Part shown: positions 59,682 through 64,000 of the stretch, one piece after another
Layout: the number at the start of each line of letters is the position of its first letter
How positions within the stretch are numbered: position 1 is the first letter of the stretch
NCBI GenBank assembly: GCA_026710865.1
Contig: JAPOQG010000204.1
Span: 9,318-73,317 of the forward strand
Direction: 5' to 3'
DNA: 64,000 nt
From: Acidimicrobiaceae bacterium
Lineage (GTDB): Bacteria > Actinomycetota > Acidimicrobiia > Acidimicrobiales > Aldehydirespiratoraceae
The notes under the pieces: model-generated
What the model was told of the DNA's origin: nothing
Databases searched by the model: none
What the model saw: only the letters and a program-made list of their open reading frames with translations
Made by a program: the position numbers and the translations under genes

Positions 59682-61577
59682 ATGGGAACCACAGGACTCA
59701 ACGGACTCGAAACGAGCTCGAAGGTGCGCAGGGCCTGGCTCGGCGCGGTGCTGGTGCTGATGCTGCTGGCGGTGTCGTGCTCGGGAGGCGACGACGCCGA
59801 CGAAGCCGCGTCCCCGGCGGGCACGGACTCCTACGCCGCCTCGCCTAGCGTGGACTCCTACGCCGCCTCGCCTGATGATGCGGAGCATTCCGACGTCAGC
59901 GGGGACCGCGACAGCTCGGGCAGCGTCGACGTGGCTCCCACGACATCGCCCAGCCGGAGCTACGAGCCGCAGCCCGCCGAGGAGCCGATGGACGAGGTCG
60001 GGCTCTCGGCCGCGACGGCATCGAGTGACAGAGATGGCGGTGACGCTGCGGTCGCTGCACTCGAGGAGGCGGTGGCGGCCGCCCAAGCCGAGGCCGCGGC
60101 GGAGAGCAGCAGCGGTGTGTCCCGGGCGGATGCGGCCGCGTCGGACAGGGAGACCTCAGAGGCCCGCCGGAGGTGCCCGGAATGCCAGTCCAACACGTTC
60201 GAGGACTACGGCGTCAACCCGTTCGTGGACACCTACGAGGACGATCTGTCCACCTTCGCCCTCGACGTGGACACCGCGTCCTATGTCGTGACCCGCAACT
60301 ACCTCGAGGGCGGCCAGCTCCCGCCCATCGACGCCGTGCGGGTGGAGGAGTTCGTCAACTACTTCGACGGCGGCTACCAGCCGCTGATCGACGAGTTCAA
60401 CATCACCCTCGAGGCGGCCCCGACGCCGTTCAGCGATCCCGACCGGGTGATGCTGCGGGTCGGCGTCCAGGCGCCCGAGGTGCTGTCGGACCTGGTGATC
60501 CCCGACAGCGTGGTGCTGGTGCTGGACCGCTCCGGGTCGATGGGCGAGTCCGCGGGTTCCGCAGACCGGCCCATGGAGCGCATGAGCCTGGTCCACGAGT
60601 CCGTCGAGCTGCTGCTCGACGGCCTGCCGGGACGCACCCGGGTCGGGGTCGTCGCCTACAACGACCGGGCCGGCGTCATCGTCGAGCCGACCAGGGTGTC
60701 CGGCAATGCGGGCTGGATCATCGACGAGGTCCGCAGCCGTGTCCGTCCCGGTGGCAGCACCAACGCCGAGGCCGGCCTGGTGTGGGGGTTCGACATGGCC
60801 CTGAGCGAGGCCGACGGCGGCCGCAACGTGCTCGTGCTGCTGCTGTCGGACGGGGTTGCCAACGTGGGCGCCACCCGCACCGACGACATCCTCGAGGAGA
60901 TCGGCGAGCGGGGCGACATCGGCCTGTCCACCGTCGGCGTGGGCCTGGGCCCGTTCAACGACGAGCTCATGGAGCAGCTGGCCAACCGGGCCGACGGCAC
61001 CTACCACTACATCGACACGCCCGACGAGGCCCGGCGCATCTTCGTCGAGAACCTCAACGCCATGCTGGCCTCGGTGGCCCGCGACGCCAAGATCCAGGTC
61101 TCCTTCGACCGCGACAAGGTGATCTCGTACCGGCTGCTCGGCTTCGAGAACCGGGCCATCGCCGACGAGGACTTCCGTGACGACACCCGCGACGCCGGCG
61201 AGGTCGGTGCGGGCCAGAGCTCGACCGCCCTCTACGAGGTGACCCTGGACCGGGGTTGGGACCGCAGCCGCGGTGCGATCGCCACCGCCACCCTGCGCTA
61301 CCGCCGGCCGGCCAGCGAGCGGATCACCGAGACGTGGGCGAGCCTGCATCCCGACGATGTGGAGCCTTCGTTCCGTGACGCCGGTGCCCACTTCCGGCTG
61401 GCCGTGGTGGCCGCCGAGTTCGCCGAGGTGCTGCGGGACAGCCCCTTCGTGGAGGATCGCAGCATGGAGGAGCTCGGCTACCAGGCCGACCGGGTGGCCG
61501 ACGACCTGCGCCGCGACGCCGACGCCGAGGAGCTCGCCGACCTGATCGACGCCGCCAGGCGCATCCGCCGCCGCTAG
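59682..61577 (+). CDS. von Willebrand factor type A (vWA) domain lipoprotein (YfbK/BatA-like)
   Basis: ATG at 59682 with RBS GGAGGAGGG. Signal peptide plus lipobox LLAVSCSGG. An acidic low-complexity linker with duplicated DSYAASP. Then NPFVDT..D.LSTFALDVDTASY.....L..G.LP....VR.EE..NYF, and the vWA MIDAS motif VLVLDRSGSM. Confidence 0.8.
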   Translation: MGTTGLNGLETSSKVRRAWLGAVLVLMLLAVSCSGGDDADEAASPAGTDSYAASPSVDSYAASPDDAEHSDVSGDRDSSGSVDVAPTTSPSRSYEPQPAEEPMDEVGLSAATASSDRDGGDAAVAALEEAVAAAQAEAAAESSSGVSRADAAASDRETSEARRRCPECQSNTFEDYGVNPFVDTYEDDLSTFALDVDTASYVVTRNYLEGGQLPPIDAVRVEEFVNYFDGGYQPLIDEFNITLEAAPTPFSDPDRVMLRVGVQAPEVLSDLVIPDSVVLVLDRSGSMGESAGSADRPMERMSLVHESVELLLDGLPGRTRVGVVAYNDRAGVIVEPTRVSGNAGWIIDEVRSRVRPGGSTNAEAGLVWGFDMALSEADGGRNVLVLLLSDGVANVGATRTDDILEEIGERGDIGLSTVGVGLGPFNDELMEQLANRADGTYHYIDTPDEARRIFVENLNAMLASVARDAKIQVSFDRDKVISYRLLGFENRAIADEDFRDDTRDAGEVGAGQSSTALYEVTLDRGWDRSRGAIATATLRYRRPASERITETWASLHPDDVEPSFRDAGAHFRLAVVAAEFAEVLRDSPFVEDRSMEELGYQADRVADDLRRDADAEELADLIDAARRIRRR

Positions 61578-61720
61578 CGGCGACCGGGGCTCCTCCTTCC
61601 CTGCGACTCACCCCTGGAGGGGCCCTTACAGGGCTCGGCGGCCCGGTCTGGAGGGGACTGGGCCGCCGAGCCATGCCCGCGCCCGGGCGGCCTGGAGGCT
61701 GGTCTCGGAGGCGTTGACAT

Positions 61721-61837
61721 TCCCGCTCTTGTCAGCTGCGCTCACGGGCCGCCCAAACCAGGCGACACTGCCCACGGCCTCGCTCGGCGACTGGCGAGTC
61801 TTCAGACCATGTGCCGCCTACTCGCTCGGCCTCTAGG
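61721..61837 (+). repeat. interspersed intergenic repeat, copy d (long form)
   Basis: TCCCGCTCTTGTCAGCTGCGCTCACGGGCCGCCCAAACCAGGCGACACTGCCCACGGCCTCGCTC....CTCGCTCGGCCTCTAGG. The last bases supply the TAG stop (61833-61835, minus strand) of the adjacent gene. Confidence 0.85.
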
Positions 61838-63278
61838 CGAATCCGAACAGGGGCGGGAAGGCGACCACCACCACGGCGGCCCACACCGCGTAGACGGGTG
61901 CGTAGGCCGTCTGCCAGCGCTCCAGTGACGCGATGGGTCGACGGCCCCGAGCGAACCCGAGGTAGAGCCACGCCGACACGGACAGGTTGGCGAGCAGGAC
62001 CACGTTCTCGCCGAGGGCGGCGACGCGGTTGGGGGTGAGGCCGAGGTCCGACACCCGGCTCGCCACGGCTGCGAGCATCACTGCGTCCGCGACCAGGGCG
62101 CTTACGACCAGCACGAGCTGCAGCAGGTCGAACGGGCCGTAGGGCTGGCGGGGGTCGCGGGCCGATATGGCGTAGAGCAGCAGGCCGAGGACCAGCGCGA
62201 GCACCAGGTCGAAGACGATGAGGATGTCCCGGTCGAAGTCGATGCCTCGCCTCGTCCACACCATGGCCCCCAGCAACGCCACCAGCATCGCGGCGAACAG
62301 CGGCGTGAACAGCCGTGTGAGCACCGGCGCCATGTTCTCGATGACGCTCTGCTTGGCCTCGACCAGCCACGAGGCCACCACCACCGCGCCGAGGGCGCCG
62401 CAGGCCAGCACCCACGACGAGACGAATTCGCCGGCGTCGATGCCTATGGCCGAGAAGGCCACCTGCGTCAAGGAGGCCAGAACCCCGCCCCCGAGCGCGA
62501 TCAGCACGTAGTAGACGAACCACTCGCCGCTGAAGCGCACGTAGTCCATGCGCCGGCGGCTCGACCGCCAGTCGCCTCCGGCGTAGGCCACGCCGACCAG
62601 CAGCCACAGGGCGATCGGCAGGTGCAGCACGGCCAGCACCTCGGTGTCGGAGCCGTCCTCGAACGGGTAGACGTTGACGACGACCGCGGCCGCGATGAAG
62701 GGGGCTGCCAGCAGACGGAGGGCCCGGGCCGCGGGCAGGCCGCGCCTCCACACGAAGTAGCCGGCCAGCGGCACCAGCGCGAACAGGCTGAGGTTGCGGG
62801 CGTAGAACTCGCCGTCGTCGACGAGGCTCGCGCCGAATATCTCGGGGACCTTGACCGCGGCCGCCGCCAAGCACGCGAACCCGATCATCACCAGGAAGCC
62901 GTGGGTGGCGGGCTCGGCTGCAGGCTCCGGTGCGAGCCGCTTCCAGAGCCGTTCGGAGTGCTCCTGGGCGAACTCGCTCGACAGGTCGTCGACGCTGCCC
63001 ATCCGCTTGACCGCGATGAGGAAGGCCTCGTCGGGTGCCAGGCCCGCCTCGCCCAGGTCGGCGATCCGGTCTCGCAGATGTCCCTCGAGCTCGTCCAAGT
63101 CGGTGGCGTCGACGGCGGGCTGCTGCTCCAGGCGGGCTCGCCACCGAGCGATCAGGGCCTCAAGCTCGGGCGCCTCGTGGTTGGGGGCTTCAAGCTCGGG
63201 GGTCTCGCGGTCGAGCGCCTCGTGCTCGGGGGTCTCGTGCTCGGGGGTCTTGCGCTCGCCCGGCCCGGCGGTAGTCAC
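61833..63278 (-). CDS. polytopic membrane protein (DUF4153-like) with a PadR-associated N-terminal cytoplasmic domain
   Basis: GTG at 63278, 5 nt after the PadR stop. The N-terminus has TPEHE/APELE repeats, then ..LDELEGHLRD......GL..DEAFLIA.KR.G (a permease-prefix-type helix), then about 10 TM helices. Confidence 0.7.
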   Translation of the reverse strand: MTTAGPGERKTPEHETPEHEALDRETPELEAPNHEAPELEALIARWRARLEQQPAVDATDLDELEGHLRDRIADLGEAGLAPDEAFLIAVKRMGSVDDLSSEFAQEHSERLWKRLAPEPAAEPATHGFLVMIGFACLAAAAVKVPEIFGASLVDDGEFYARNLSLFALVPLAGYFVWRRGLPAARALRLLAAPFIAAAVVVNVYPFEDGSDTEVLAVLHLPIALWLLVGVAYAGGDWRSSRRRMDYVRFSGEWFVYYVLIALGGGVLASLTQVAFSAIGIDAGEFVSSWVLACGALGAVVVASWLVEAKQSVIENMAPVLTRLFTPLFAAMLVALLGAMVWTRRGIDFDRDILIVFDLVLALVLGLLLYAISARDPRQPYGPFDLLQLVLVVSALVADAVMLAAVASRVSDLGLTPNRVAALGENVVLLANLSVSAWLYLGFARGRRPIASLERWQTAYAPVYAVWAAVVVVAFPPLFGFA

Positions 63279-63283
63279 GGCGG

Positions 63284-63652
63284 TCAGCTCCCCTGCAACG
63301 CGGGGCTCGGCGGCGGCGACATCTCGTGCCACAGGTCGCCCAGCGCGCCGGTGATCACGGCCCACTGGCGGCGCTGCTCGGAGAGGGCCCGCCGACCGGG
63401 CTCGGTGATCCGGTAGTACTTGCGCCGCCGCGCCCGGCTGCCGGCCGGGACCTTCCAGGCCGCCTCGGCGTAGCCCAGCCGCTCGAGCCGGTGCAGCAGC
63501 GGGTAGAGCATCCCGTCGGTCCATTGCAACTCGCCGCCGGAGAGCTCGTTGACTCGCTTGAGGATCGCGTATCCGTAACTCTCACCCTCGGTGAGGATGC
63601 CCAGCACGAGGGGTGTTGCCGACGCGGCGACGAGATCCTTCGGGATGTGCAT
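63284..63652 (-). CDS. PadR family transcriptional regulator
   Basis: 122 aa. PLVLGILTEGESYGYAILKRV.ELSGGELQWTDGMLYPLLHRLERLGY......V.....RRKYY.IT..G is a textbook PadR sequence. Confidence 0.9.
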   Translation of the reverse strand: MHIPKDLVAASATPLVLGILTEGESYGYAILKRVNELSGGELQWTDGMLYPLLHRLERLGYAEAAWKVPAGSRARRRKYYRITEPGRRALSEQRRQWAVITGALGDLWHEMSPPPSPALQGS

Positions 63653-63657
63653 TCCTT

Positions 63658-63688
63658 GGACTATACCTAGAACTGCTAGGTATAGTCC
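63658..63688. promoter_or_regulatory. candidate PadR operator overlapping its own promoter
   Basis: A perfect 13-bp inverted repeat, GGACTATACCTAG (63658-63670), 5 nt, CTAGGTATAGTCC (63676-63688), lying 6 nt upstream of the PadR ATG. On the minus strand the proximal arm contains TATAGT 7 nt before the ATG, consistent with a leaderless layout. Confidence 0.6.
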
Positions 63689-64000
63689 ATTGGCGGTCGG
63701 GCGCCGGCGGCGGCTTGAATGGGGAGTGTGCCCTGGTTGCGTCGGCCGGCGCTGCGGCAGCCGAGTTGACTGACAGATATTCTGCTGCTACAACGAACCT
63801 ATCGCTTCGTCATGATGCACTCATGACCATCCTGCACATACCTTCGATAGCTCCTCATATCATCGAGCGTGTCGGCGAAGCCCCGTCAATCATGACCGTA
63901 CCGCGGCGGGCTTGGGCGAATTGCAGGCACGACCCGTTCCCGAGGAGGTTTCCCCGCGGTGCCTGCCACCACACTGTCAGCCAGCCAGGGAGGATGTGAC

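Overview
This is a gene-dense, high-G+C chromosomal segment (about 70% G+C, judged by eye on sampled lines). It looks actinobacterial: it carries luciferase-like (LLM) oxidoreductases, a WXG100/EccC pair, ROK and polyphosphate-glucokinase-like genes, and apparent leaderless promoters. I call about 57 protein genes. I recognised no rRNA, tRNA, CRISPR array, transposase or integrase.

Most of the window is metabolism and transport:
- two crotonases
- a Fe3+ ABC transporter plus bacterioferritin
- an envelope-glycan cluster
- a B12-dependent mutase / CoA-transferase / peptidase operon
- modABC
- a ROK-regulated amino-sugar-type uptake and catabolism operon
- two acyl-CoA ligases and a P450
- glcDEF

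The accessory or unusual content is:
1. A stripped-down type VII secretion-like module at 1333-6012. It pairs a WXG100 gene with a 1450-aa FtsK/SpoIIIE protein (ubiquitin-like N-terminus, FHA domain, two TM helices, three P-loop domains) and sits between two crotonase paralogues.
2. Two lower-GC type II restriction-modification islets. One is at 7041-10130. The other is NotI-family-like at 48006-50196.
3. A vapBC pair and an orphan RHH antitoxin.
4. An uncharacterised interspersed intergenic repeat family with four copies. Each begins TCCCGCTCTTGT and ends GGCCTCT.
5. A recurrent pattern of short tandem duplications. Two of them duplicate an ATGA stop/start junction and leave an open relay mini-ORF that runs from one ATGA to the next.
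6. A frameshifted epimerase gene, and a glycosyltransferase that has lost its stop codon and reads into a 5'-truncated neighbour.

All functional calls rest on motif and family recognition by eye. None has been confirmed by a database search.
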